IMG/VR virus record: IMGVR_UViG_3300017650_000220
Span: 1-24,510 of that record
Source: a virus
Lineage: Duplodnaviria; Caudoviricetes
DNA length: 24,510 nt
Strand: one strand, 5' to 3'
Numbering within the stretch: the first letter of the stretch is position 1; the number at the start of each line of letters is the position of its first letter. The notes under the pieces were generated by a model that was given only the letters and a program-made list of their open reading frames with translations, was not told the origin of the DNA and searched no databases. The position numbers and the translations under genes are program-made. Positions 14,068 through 22,920 of this stretch are shown piece by piece.

Positions 14068-16402
14068 ACGCCTCCGCCTGATCGCAGAGATGCGCGACCG
14101 GCTGTCGCCGCAACTGCGTCGTCTGAAAACGGTCATGGAGTCGACGGGCAGGGTCGACGCATTCAAGAAGCTCGCGAAGGACATGACCGCGGCCGAGCGG
14201 GCGGGTTATCGGTTCGGCTTTATGATGGGCCGGACGATCCGCTATGGCGCGATCGCGGCCGCTGGCGGCGCGGTCGTCGCCGGCGCAGCCTTCGTCAAGT
14301 TCGGCAAGGATGCGGCCGACGCGCTCGACGAGAATGCCGCGCTGGCCAAGCAGATCGGCATCAGCGGCGACGCGCTCCGGACGCTGCAGGGCGTGGCGAC
14401 AAGGTACAATGTCACGCAGGAGGGCCTCGCCAGTGGCCTGACGAAGTTCAATGTCAACTTCGGCCGCCTGAAGCAAAATCAGGGAGCGTTCTACACCTAC
14501 CTGAGCAAGACCAACCCGGCGCTCGCCGCGCAGTTCAAGCAGGTCGGCTCGACCGGCGATGCCTTCCTGCTGCTCTCCGACGCGATCTCGAAAACCGCTG
14601 ATCCAGCCAAGCGGGCCGCGCTGATCAAAGCGGCGGGGTTGCCGCAGGAATTCCTGCGTTTCTTCGCCGATGGGCCGGATGATCTTCGCCAGACGATCAA
14701 GGAAGTCATCAAGCTGCAAGGTTTGCTTGGTCCCGGCGCCTTCTCCGAGGCCGCTCGCTATGGCGATGCAATGGACAATATCGGCCTCGCTTGGAAGGGT
14801 TTGCGCGACGAACTCGCATCCGCCGCTCTGCCGGTGGTCAATCCTCTTCTCGAAGGCCTTGCCAACTTCGTGGCGGACAACCGTGACGACATTGTCAGCG
14901 GCTTCAAGGTGATCGCGACCGATGTCGGTGCCGGACTGCAGTCGGTCGGTGCCGCGTTCGCCAGCATCGACAAAAAGCAGTGGATGGACTTCTGGACCGA
15001 CGTCAAAGGAACGGCTTCGGCGCTCGCGGCGCTGGCGAGCGGTATCAACTCGGTGGTCCAGAGTTTCGGCGGATGGAAAGTCGTCATCGGCAGCATTCTG
15101 GCCTTGAAGGCGGCCGGCTTTGCCAAAAATCTCATTGGTGGCGTCCTGCCGGATAGTGCCACCAGTGCTGCGGCTGGTGCTGCGGGCGGCGCCGCGGCGG
15201 GAGCGGTCAAGAATGGCCTGCCGGGGCTGGTGGCGTTGACGGTTGCGGGGCTAGAAAAGCTGGCGCCCCTCTTCCGCACTGGTGGACCTCTCGCGCTTGT
15301 GCTTGGGCTCGGCGCGGCGGGAGAGGCTTTCCATCCGACCACGCCGCAGAATTTCCCTTATCGCTGGAACACCGCGCCGGGCTTTGATGTCGGCGCGGAA
15401 GAGCGTGCGCGCCGATGGGAGCGCGAATTCCGCTCCGATCCGGAGGGAACGCGGGGCCGCATGCGCGTTCAACTCGGCCGCCGTGCTGATGTCGATGCGG
15501 CAGCGAAGACGCTGGCTGATGTCGACGCGACGATCAAGACACTGCGCGAGCATGGTGCCGACAAGACCATGGCGAAGGATTTCGCCGACCTTGTTGCGCA
15601 GCGCAATGCGATGGCCGCGCGGATCGAGGAAGAGCGCGCCGCCGACATCGGCAAAAAGATCGGGGGCGAAGCCGCCAAGAGCTTCTTCGATGGTGTGCGC
15701 AGCTGGTTTCGGACGATGTCCTATCAGGGCGGCGCAGGCGGTGGCGGCGCGCGCGTGTGGAGCGCCTCCTATCAGCCGAGCGGCGGCGGCACTGGCATGG
15801 GCGGCCCGCGCGCCAATGGCGTCGGCGGTTCCTATGCCGGCAAGGGCATGCTCGATCTCATTGCCGCAGCCGAGGGCACCGGCAACAACTACAACGAGAC
15901 GCTCGGCTACGGCCGCTTTACGGGCGGCAAGGTCAACCTGACCGGCATGACGCTGGACCAGATCGACGCCTTGCAGACGCGGATGCTGCAGCACCCGGGC
16001 AACAGCTTCAATTCCTCGGCTGTCGGCCGCTACCAGTTCACGCGGACGCGCCTGCGCGATCTCCGCAAGCGCTTCAACCTGCCGGGATCGGCTGTCTACA
16101 ACAAGGCGATGCAGGACGCGCTGGCGCGGGCGTCGCTCGCCGAACGTGGCGGCTCCATCGGCTCGCTCCGCAATGAGTGGGAAGGGCTGCGGCGCGTTCC
16201 GGACAATGCGCTGAGGGACGCTATGCAACGGCACAACCGGCGCAAGCGCGAGGAACGGCAGAAGGTGGAAGGCTCGGCCTCCGTCGATATCCGCTTTCCG
16301 AACGGCGTTCCACCCGGCACCAAGGTCGGCGCGCAGGGCAAGGGCCTGTTCCGCGAGGTCAATCTCGACACCGGCCGCAGCATGAAAGAGGCAATGGCAT
16401 GA
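14057..16402 (+). CDS. Tape measure protein with C-terminal lambda-lysozyme-like (GH104) domain
   Basis: Ala-rich helical N-terminus, hydrophobic middle, Gly-rich linker, then LDLIAAAEGT...Y...SSAVGRYQF...QDALA...EWEGL. Confidence 0.92.
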   Translation: MTDERLRLIAEMRDRLSPQLRRLKTVMESTGRVDAFKKLAKDMTAAERAGYRFGFMMGRTIRYGAIAAAGGAVVAGAAFVKFGKDAADALDENAALAKQIGISGDALRTLQGVATRYNVTQEGLASGLTKFNVNFGRLKQNQGAFYTYLSKTNPALAAQFKQVGSTGDAFLLLSDAISKTADPAKRAALIKAAGLPQEFLRFFADGPDDLRQTIKEVIKLQGLLGPGAFSEAARYGDAMDNIGLAWKGLRDELASAALPVVNPLLEGLANFVADNRDDIVSGFKVIATDVGAGLQSVGAAFASIDKKQWMDFWTDVKGTASALAALASGINSVVQSFGGWKVVIGSILALKAAGFAKNLIGGVLPDSATSAAAGAAGGAAAGAVKNGLPGLVALTVAGLEKLAPLFRTGGPLALVLGLGAAGEAFHPTTPQNFPYRWNTAPGFDVGAEERARRWEREFRSDPEGTRGRMRVQLGRRADVDAAAKTLADVDATIKTLREHGADKTMAKDFADLVAQRNAMAARIEEERAADIGKKIGGEAAKSFFDGVRSWFRTMSYQGGAGGGGARVWSASYQPSGGGTGMGGPRANGVGGSYAGKGMLDLIAAAEGTGNNYNETLGYGRFTGGKVNLTGMTLDQIDALQTRMLQHPGNSFNSSAVGRYQFTRTRLRDLRKRFNLPGSAVYNKAMQDALARASLAERGGSIGSLRNEWEGLRRVPDNALRDAMQRHNRRKREERQKVEGSASVDIRFPNGVPPGTKVGAQGKGLFREVNLDTGRSMKEAMA

Positions 16403-16890
16403 GCTGGCGCGACCGCCTGCGCCCGGCCTTCTTCCGTGGCGTGCCGTTTCATGTCGACGAAGACGAGATCAATGGTGGCCGCCGCGTCGTGCCGCACGAA
16501 TATCCGAAGCGGAACACCGGCTATTCGGAGGACATGGGCCGGCGCCTGCGGGCCTACCGCGTGCGTGGCTACCTGATCGGCGCCGACTATGACCTCGTCG
16601 CCCGGCTGATGCTGGCGGCGCTCGAGGCGGATGGTTCCGGCCTGCTCGTGCTGCCGCTCGTTGGCGAAGATACCGTTCTCGCGGTCAACTTCTCCTATGT
16701 CGAGACGCGCGAGGAAGGTGGCTATGGCACGTTCGACATGGATTTCATCCAGGAAGGGCAGCCGGTCGCGGCGTCCGCCGGCGTCGACACGGGCGCGGCC
16801 GTCAATACCGCGGCGGACGCGGTGAAGGCCAGCACGGCCAGCAGCCCGATGAAGGGCGCGTTCACGCCTTCGGGAATCGGCAGCCAATGA
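16399..16890 (+). CDS. Mu gpN 'DNA circularization' N-terminal domain protein
   Basis: MSWRDRLRPAFFRGVPF, GGRRVVPHEYPKR, EDMGRR; ATGA overlap with the TMP stop. Confidence 0.92.
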   Translation: MSWRDRLRPAFFRGVPFHVDEDEINGGRRVVPHEYPKRNTGYSEDMGRRLRAYRVRGYLIGADYDLVARLMLAALEADGSGLLVLPLVGEDTVLAVNFSYVETREEGGYGTFDMDFIQEGQPVAASAGVDTGAAVNTAADAVKASTASSPMKGAFTPSGIGSQ

Positions 16891-17555
16891 GCACCCGCGA
16901 TCTCGCCGAGGCGATGGCTCTCGCAGTCGCCCTTTCGGACATGCTGCTCGTCAAGGGCGGGCCGCGCGGCCAGACGGCCTCGGACCTGCGCCGGGCGGTC
17001 ACCCGCTTTCAGGCCAATCTCGAAACTGGCTACCGGACGCAGATGCTCGGCCCGGTGATCGCCGGCCTCTTCGATGCGGCGGTTGCGGCCGGCCTCGCGG
17101 CGACAAGCTTCCGCGCCGTCCGCGACGCGGCCCGAAATGCGGTGACGCATGTCGATCTCGCCGCATGGACGCGGCGATCCTTCTGGCGCCAGGCGCTCGT
17201 CGCCGAGGTGCGCCAGCTGGCTGCCGTCAACTTCACCGATCGCGATGCGGTCGACGCGGCACGGGCCGGGCTGATCACGGCGTTCGACGACGTGATCGAG
17301 GATGCGTCGGAGATGCAGGAATTCCAGATCATGCGGGACCTGACGTCGTTGTTCACCGCGATCCAGCGCCATCTTGCGACAACGGCGATTCCGCTGCCGC
17401 GCCTGATCACGTTCGACACGCCGTCCTCGCTGCCCTCGCTCGTGCTGGCGCACCGGCTCTATGGTGACGCCTCGCGCCGGCAGGAGCTCGAGCGCGGCAG
17501 CAAGGTGGTGCATCCGCTGTTCATGCCGCGCGCCGGCCGGGCGCTCGCCTCGTGA
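16887..17555 (+). CDS. Mu gpN C-terminal-half-like protein
   Basis: LPRL...LPSLVLAHRLYGDASRRQEL...VVHPLFMP, the LysM-like C-terminus of the gpN family. Confidence 0.85.
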   Translation: MSTRDLAEAMALAVALSDMLLVKGGPRGQTASDLRRAVTRFQANLETGYRTQMLGPVIAGLFDAAVAAGLAATSFRAVRDAARNAVTHVDLAAWTRRSFWRQALVAEVRQLAAVNFTDRDAVDAARAGLITAFDDVIEDASEMQEFQIMRDLTSLFTAIQRHLATTAIPLPRLITFDTPSSLPSLVLAHRLYGDASRRQELERGSKVVHPLFMPRAGRALAS

Positions 17556-18754
17556 GCATCCTGCCGCTTTCGGCTTCCATGATGACGGCCGCCGGGCCGG
17601 AGCTCTGCCAGGTCTATTGCAACGGCCAGATCTTCGAAGGCTGGACGGAGCTGTCGATCTCGCGGAGCACGCAGGAGGCAGCCGGCCGTTTCCGCCTTTC
17701 GGTGACGGAACCGACGACCGCCTCCGGCAAGATCCTCGGATGGCAGATCCGCCCGGGTGACCCGGTCAAGATCAAGCTCGGCGGCACGCTCGCCGTCGAT
17801 GGTTTCGTCGACATCCGCCAGGCGGCCTATGATGCCAACAGTCACGGCGTCGAGATCGCCGGGCGCAGCAAGACAGCGGACGCGATCGAGGCCGCTGCCG
17901 TGACGGACGAAGGCAAGCCGGCCGGCCCCTTCGCTGGCTACAAGCTGGACGAGATCGCCCGCGCGCTGCTTGATCCGCTGTCGATCGATCTGAAGGTCAT
18001 CGGCGATATCGGGGCGGTGTTTCCGATGGTCACCGTCCAGGTCGGCGAAAGCGTGTTCGAAGTGATCGAACGGCTGGCGCGGCTGCGCGGTTTCCATGTC
18101 ACAGATGATGCCGACGGCAGCCTCGTGCTGGCCAACAAGGTCGAGCCCGAGGCCGAACCGGTCGGGCTGGTCGAGGGCGTCAACATCCTCTCAGCCAGTG
18201 CGATGATGGATCTGAGCAAGGTCGGATCGGACTATTTCGTGTACGGCCAGGCAACGGGCAATGACGATCAATCCGGCGCCGCTGTCGCCAACCAGACGGC
18301 CAAGGTGACGAACGACAAGGCGCCCCGCAAGCGGCCGAAGGTCGTCGTCATGGAAGAGCCAGGCGACAAGGAAGACATGCAGGCCCGTGGCGACCGGGAG
18401 ATGGCGCAGGAGGCGGAACGCCAGGCCGCTGTCCAGGTCACGCTGCAGGGCTGGTTCACGGCCGCTGGCGATCTCTGGAAACCGGGCATGACCGTCAAGC
18501 TGACCTCGCCGATGCTCTTGATCGACCGCGACATGATGGTGGCGGCCGTCGAGTTCGCGCAATCGGATTCGAGCGGCACGGTGACGAACCTCGACCTGAT
18601 AACCCTGGAGGCCTTTGCACTGGCGGCGCCAGCCGATGACGCGCCGGCGCCGCCGACCGAGGATGGTGGCGATCCGGACGATGATCCGGAAGACGCCGAC
18701 GTCTCCGCCTCGGCGGCGCTCTGGAGCCCGCGTTCGACTGGAACAGCCGCATGA
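17552..18754 (+). CDS. Baseplate hub (Mu gpP/gp44-like)
   Basis: FEGWTELSISRS, IAGRSKTAD, GESVFEVIERLARLRG, LVEGVNIL, LWKPG; acidic C-terminal tail. Confidence 0.92.
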   Translation: MSILPLSASMMTAAGPELCQVYCNGQIFEGWTELSISRSTQEAAGRFRLSVTEPTTASGKILGWQIRPGDPVKIKLGGTLAVDGFVDIRQAAYDANSHGVEIAGRSKTADAIEAAAVTDEGKPAGPFAGYKLDEIARALLDPLSIDLKVIGDIGAVFPMVTVQVGESVFEVIERLARLRGFHVTDDADGSLVLANKVEPEAEPVGLVEGVNILSASAMMDLSKVGSDYFVYGQATGNDDQSGAAVANQTAKVTNDKAPRKRPKVVVMEEPGDKEDMQARGDREMAQEAERQAAVQVTLQGWFTAAGDLWKPGMTVKLTSPMLLIDRDMMVAAVEFAQSDSSGTVTNLDLITLEAFALAAPADDAPAPPTEDGGDPDDDPEDADVSASAALWSPRSTGTAA

Positions 18755-19260
18755 GGATGACACAGCGGGACGCCGGCCGCCGGGCTTTGCTCGGCGCTTC
18801 GCGCGGCGTCGTCAAGGCGGTGTCGTCGCGGGCGAAACAGCAGAAGCTGCAACATCTCGATATCGAGGCCTTCGGCGGCGAGACGCATGAAGGCGCCGAA
18901 CACGTCGAAGCCTATGGATTTGCCGCCAAGCCGCATGCCGGTGCGGAGGCCTTCGTCGTCTATCTCGGCGGCAACCGCAATCATCCGATCGTCATCAGCG
19001 TTGCCGATCGTCAGTTTCGCCCTCAAGGCCTCGCCGATGGCGAAGTGATCTTCTACGACGACCTCGGCCAGAGCGTGCACCTGACGCGCGCCGGCATTGT
19101 GGTGACGGCGCCGACGATCACGCTCAACGGCAATGTCGTCGTGAACGGCGACCTGACGATCACCGGCGGCAGCGTCACCAATGACGGCGTCAATATCGGC
19201 TCCACGCACCGCCACAGCGGTGTGACGCCCGGCACCGGTAACACCGGCACCCCCGTCTGA
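18751..19260 (+). CDS. Baseplate spike (Mu gp45-like)
   Basis: EHVEAYGFAAKP, LGGNRNH, GEVIFYDDLG, beta-helix repeats, HRH apex motif. Confidence 0.92.
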   Translation: MRMTQRDAGRRALLGASRGVVKAVSSRAKQQKLQHLDIEAFGGETHEGAEHVEAYGFAAKPHAGAEAFVVYLGGNRNHPIVISVADRQFRPQGLADGEVIFYDDLGQSVHLTRAGIVVTAPTITLNGNVVVNGDLTITGGSVTNDGVNIGSTHRHSGVTPGTGNTGTPV

Positions 19261-19274
19261 CCTGAGGCATCCCC

Positions 19275-19745
19275 TTGGCCGATATCCGCACTGCACAAAC
19301 CGTCTCGCTCGAGGCGGTGACGACCGATTGGCTTGTGACCGCCGGCGGCAGCCTCGACGACAGCGAGGAGCTTGCGACGGCGTTCCGCATCGCGCTCTTC
19401 ACCGATGCGCGGGCGCTCGATGACGACGTGCTTCCGGATGGTGGCGAAGACCGCCGCGGCTGGTGGGCCGATATGGATGCCGAGGCGCTTTGGAATGGCT
19501 GGCCGATCGGCTCCCGCCTCTGGCTGCTCGCCCGCGAGAAGATCACGGCGGAGACGGTGACGCGGGCCGAGCAGTACTGCCGCGAGGCGCTGGATCCGTT
19601 CATCAAGCGGCGGATCGTCAGCCGGATCGATATCGCCCTCGAGCGCCTCGGCCTCTCGATGATTGGCGGCACGATCACCGCCTATCGCGGCCCGCTGAAG
19701 GCGGTCGATCTTCGTTTCGAAAACCTCTGGTCAGAGATCGGTTGA
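19275..19745 (+). CDS. Baseplate wedge subunit (Mu gp46-like)
   Basis: ALFTDARA, RRGWWAD, IGSRLWLLAREK. Confidence 0.93.
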   Translation: MADIRTAQTVSLEAVTTDWLVTAGGSLDDSEELATAFRIALFTDARALDDDVLPDGGEDRRGWWADMDAEALWNGWPIGSRLWLLAREKITAETVTRAEQYCREALDPFIKRRIVSRIDIALERLGLSMIGGTITAYRGPLKAVDLRFENLWSEIG

Positions 19746-20797
19746 TGGCTTTCAGCACCCCGACCCTGAAGCAGATCCGTGCCCGGGTCCGCGACGACGT
19801 CACGTCGCGGCTGCCCGGCGCCGATGCTGCCGTGGGAAACTCGAACCTCCGCGTCATGTCCGACGCCAATGCCGGCCTCGCGCTCGAGGAGCATGCCTTC
19901 CTGCTCTGGCTCGCGCGCCAGCTGATGCCCGATACCGCCGAGGCGGAATGGCTGGAGCGATTCGGCAATATCTACCTGCGCCGAGGCCGCAAGGCGGGAA
20001 CCTTCGCGACCGGAACCATCACGCTGAGCGGAACACCGGGAACCATCGTGCCGGCGGGCACCGCGCTGCTCTATGGCAACTATGTCTATGAGACCGTCGA
20101 TCCGGTGACGATCGGCGCCAGCCCGACTGCGGCGGATATCGAAGCCGTCATGGCCGGCGCCACGCCCTCGCTCGAGGTCGGGGGCTCGCTGCGGCTTCAG
20201 ACGGCGATCTCCGGCGTCAACGCCACCGCGCCTGTGACATCAGGCGAGGCCGGCATCGATGAAGAGAGCGACGACGATCTGCGGGTGCGCGTGCTCGACC
20301 GGATCCGTAAGCCGCCGATGGGCGGCGATGCCAATGACTATGTCGCATGGACGCTGGAAGTCCCGGGCGTCACGCGCGCCTGGCCAGCGCCGCGCGAAAT
20401 GGGCATCGGTACCGTCACCATCCGTTTCATGATGGACGATCTGCGCGAGGACGGATTTCCGCTCTCCGGCGATCTGGTGACGGTCGCCGACTATCTCGAG
20501 ACGGTGCGGCCTGTGACGGTCAAGGACCTCTTCGTCGTCGCGCCAATCGCCGAGCCGATCAATTTCACGATCTCCGGACTCGTCAGCGACACGGCCGCGG
20601 TGCGCGCCTCGATCGCGGCCACCGTCGCCGACATGCTGGCGCGGCGGGCCGCGCCCGGCCAGACGATCTATTTCTCCTGGGTATCGGAAGCGATCTCCTC
20701 GGCGACCGGCGAGGATCACCACGTCCTGACTTTCACCGATCACGCGATGCCAACGATCGGCCATATCGCCGTGCCCGGGGTGATCACCTATGCCTGA
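19745..20797 (+). CDS. Baseplate J-like protein (Mu gp47)
   Basis: ATG 19745 overlaps the preceding TGA; QLMPDTAE, ESDDDLRVRVL, PPMGGDANDYVAW, PGVTRAW. Confidence 0.94.
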   Translation: MAFSTPTLKQIRARVRDDVTSRLPGADAAVGNSNLRVMSDANAGLALEEHAFLLWLARQLMPDTAEAEWLERFGNIYLRRGRKAGTFATGTITLSGTPGTIVPAGTALLYGNYVYETVDPVTIGASPTAADIEAVMAGATPSLEVGGSLRLQTAISGVNATAPVTSGEAGIDEESDDDLRVRVLDRIRKPPMGGDANDYVAWTLEVPGVTRAWPAPREMGIGTVTIRFMMDDLREDGFPLSGDLVTVADYLETVRPVTVKDLFVVAPIAEPINFTISGLVSDTAAVRASIAATVADMLARRAAPGQTIYFSWVSEAISSATGEDHHVLTFTDHAMPTIGHIAVPGVITYA

Positions 20798-21413
20798 CGC
20801 GCTCCGTCGCTCCGGCGACGATTATGCCGACGGATTCGCAGCGCTGCTGCCGACCGGCGCTGCCTGGCCGCGCGAGCCAGACGCCGTGCTCATGCTCCTG
20901 GTGCGTGGCCTCGCCGAGGAATGGGCCCGGGTCGATGGACGCGCCGCCGATCTGCTGGCCCGCGAGGCGGACCCGCGCGCGACGCTTGAATTGCTTTCCG
21001 AATGGGAGGCCGCTTTCGGGCTTCCGGATCCCTGTGTCGCTGAACCGCTTACGATCGAGGATCGACGTGCGTCGCTGACCGGGAAGATGACCCTGGAAGG
21101 CGGCCAGTCGCTGGCGTTCTTCCTGCAGGTGGCAGCAGACCTCGGCTATTCGATCTCTATCCGCGAGCACGCGCCTTTTATGTTCGGCGTTTCGCGCTTT
21201 GGCGACACCGGCAAGCGCTGGGAAATCGCGCCGCCGGAAATGCGCTTCGTCTGGACGATCAAGGTCGGGTCGCCGCGCCTCAGCTGGTTCCGCTTCGGCT
21301 CCGGCCGCTTCGGCGTCGACCACCATCTCACCATCGGCCTCGCGACCGATCTCGAATGCCGCATCGGCCAATACGCGCCGGCGCACACCCTCGTCGTCTT
21401 CGATTACTCCTGA
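20790..21413 (+). CDS. Baseplate protein (Mu gp48 / YmfQ, DUF2313)
   Basis: LLPTGAAW, EADPRAT.ELLSEWE..FGLPD, LECRI....PAHT. Confidence 0.93.
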   Translation: MPDALRRSGDDYADGFAALLPTGAAWPREPDAVLMLLVRGLAEEWARVDGRAADLLAREADPRATLELLSEWEAAFGLPDPCVAEPLTIEDRRASLTGKMTLEGGQSLAFFLQVAADLGYSISIREHAPFMFGVSRFGDTGKRWEIAPPEMRFVWTIKVGSPRLSWFRFGSGRFGVDHHLTIGLATDLECRIGQYAPAHTLVVFDYS

Positions 21414-21420
21414 GGTTCCC

Positions 21421-21948
21421 ATGAAATACTGGCCGCCCTACGGATCAACCGATCCGAACGCTTCCTATGTCAACGGCGACCCGACGACCGGGACCGAGGG
21501 CTCAATTCCCGACTGCCGGGGCTTTGAGCAGCCCCAGCGCGAGATTCTCGCCGTGATCGCCGGCGCGGGTCTGACCCCGTCCGATGCTGACCTGACGCAG
21601 CTCCGCACGGCCGTCAGAGGCAGCTTCTCGCTAACGGCGCCCGGCTATCAGAAGCTTCCGTCAGGCATGATCATGCAATGGGGCACGGCAGTCGTTGGCG
21701 CTTCCGGGGTCGTAACATCAGGCGGTACGGTCACCTGGCCGGTGGCATTCCCGAACGCATGCCGGATGGCAATGGCGTCAGCCGGCAGCGCTGCCAATAC
21801 GACGAACGGCTATTTGCCATCCTGCGGCTTCTCTGCGTTTTCCGCGACGACCGGAACTCTGATCTGCGACACGCTGACCGGCGGCAGTGCGACGCCCATC
21901 TTCTTCAACCAAACTGCCAACATCCGCTGGCTTGCGATCGGCTACTGA
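21421..21948 (+). CDS. Short tail fibre protein (175 aa)
   Basis: NGDPTTG.EGS...QREILAVI..AGLTPS..DLTQL anchor; GYQKLPSGMIMQWG, TWPVAFPN, WLAIGY tip; GAGG SD. Confidence 0.88.
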   Translation: MKYWPPYGSTDPNASYVNGDPTTGTEGSIPDCRGFEQPQREILAVIAGAGLTPSDADLTQLRTAVRGSFSLTAPGYQKLPSGMIMQWGTAVVGASGVVTSGGTVTWPVAFPNACRMAMASAGSAANTTNGYLPSCGFSAFSATTGTLICDTLTGGSATPIFFNQTANIRWLAIGY

Positions 21949-21956
21949 GGTTCATC

Positions 21957-22514
21957 ATGCAGATTTTCGCAACGATCGAAGCCGGGCGCGCAACGGGCTT
22001 CTTCCCGTCCGACCTTTTCCCAACGCCGCCCACCGGCTCCGTGCCGATCAGCAATGATCTTTGGCTCGATTGGATCAATCATCCAGACAAGATCATGGTC
22101 GACGGGGCGCTTATCGATCCGCCGGCTCCCCCGCCGCTCGTCGGCGAGGCGTTGGATGCGCTCAAGACATCCCTGCGCACGGCGATCGACGCCGAGGCCG
22201 AGCGCCAGCGGCTCCGCTACATCACCGCCGGCGCCGGCCAGGCGATGACCTATGCCCGCAAGACGGAAGAGGCCAAGGCCGCGAGTGCGGACGCGACGCC
22301 AACGGCCGAAGCCTATCCGCTGCTTGCCGCATCGGTCGGGATCGACGGCGCCGATATAGCCGCGGTCGCGGCCGTGGTGCTCGCGATGGATGCGCAGTGG
22401 TCCGTGATCGGCGCCGCGATCGAAGCGGCGCGGCTCTCGGCCAAGAAGGCCGTGACCGAAGCCGCCGACGAAGCCACGGCGCGATCCGCCGCTGTCGTGA
22501 CCTGGCCGGCCTGA
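21957..22514 (+). CDS. Tail fibre assembly/chaperone-like protein
   Basis: GFFP...P..SVPIS N-terminus; IDAEAERQRLRYIT.GAGQAMTY.RK.EEA, IEAARL.AK, terminal W; follows the fibre gene. Confidence 0.75.
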   Translation: MQIFATIEAGRATGFFPSDLFPTPPTGSVPISNDLWLDWINHPDKIMVDGALIDPPAPPPLVGEALDALKTSLRTAIDAEAERQRLRYITAGAGQAMTYARKTEEAKAASADATPTAEAYPLLAASVGIDGADIAAVAAVVLAMDAQWSVIGAAIEAARLSAKKAVTEAADEATARSAAVVTWPA

Positions 22515-22516
22515 TC

Positions 22517-22918
22517 ATGCCGACGCTCGTCGATATCGATGTCTGGCGGGGGAACAACCTGCCGCCGACCTTCTGGCCTTGGGCCGACGGGTATCTCGGC
22601 ACGGCCGATTGCCAACTCACGGTTTGGGTTGGCGACGAAGAGCTGTTCTCCGCCGTCAATGGCGATGGCCTGACGATCGACCCTTATGGGCGCCAGTTCA
22701 TCTGGGAGCGGACGCTCGACCAATCCCGAGTGATCCCGCTTGGCCGCATCGCGCGATACGAGCTCGAGGACCGCGCCGGCGGCGAGGCGACGCTGTTCTA
22801 TGGCGCCGTCGTCGGTCTTGGCGGGCTCAATCTCGACGGCACACAGGCGGGGGCGGAAGGCGCTCTCGACTTCTCCCTTTCGGCCAACTCCGGCCAAGAC
22901 CTTGATGGATGGATCTGA
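22517..22918 (+). CDS. Hypothetical beta-rich virion adaptor protein (133 aa)
   Basis: ATG 2 nt after the previous TGA; DIDVWRGNN...YELE...TLFYGAV pattern resembles Ig-like fibre-attachment domains. Confidence 0.6.
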   Translation: MPTLVDIDVWRGNNLPPTFWPWADGYLGTADCQLTVWVGDEELFSAVNGDGLTIDPYGRQFIWERTLDQSRVIPLGRIARYELEDRAGGEATLFYGAVVGLGGLNLDGTQAGAEGALDFSLSANSGQDLDGWI

Positions 22919-22920
22919 CC

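Noticed and set aside
11615-21948. Tailocin, eCIS, T6SS or GTA interpretation
   Set aside because: A complete head and cos-type packaging module is attached, which indicates a phage
16177-22516. Extended starts in the track (16177, 19463, 21199, 21678, 22061; also 10366)
   Set aside because: The extensions overlap upstream genes; the family N-termini begin at 16399, 19745, 21421, 21957, 22517 and 10486
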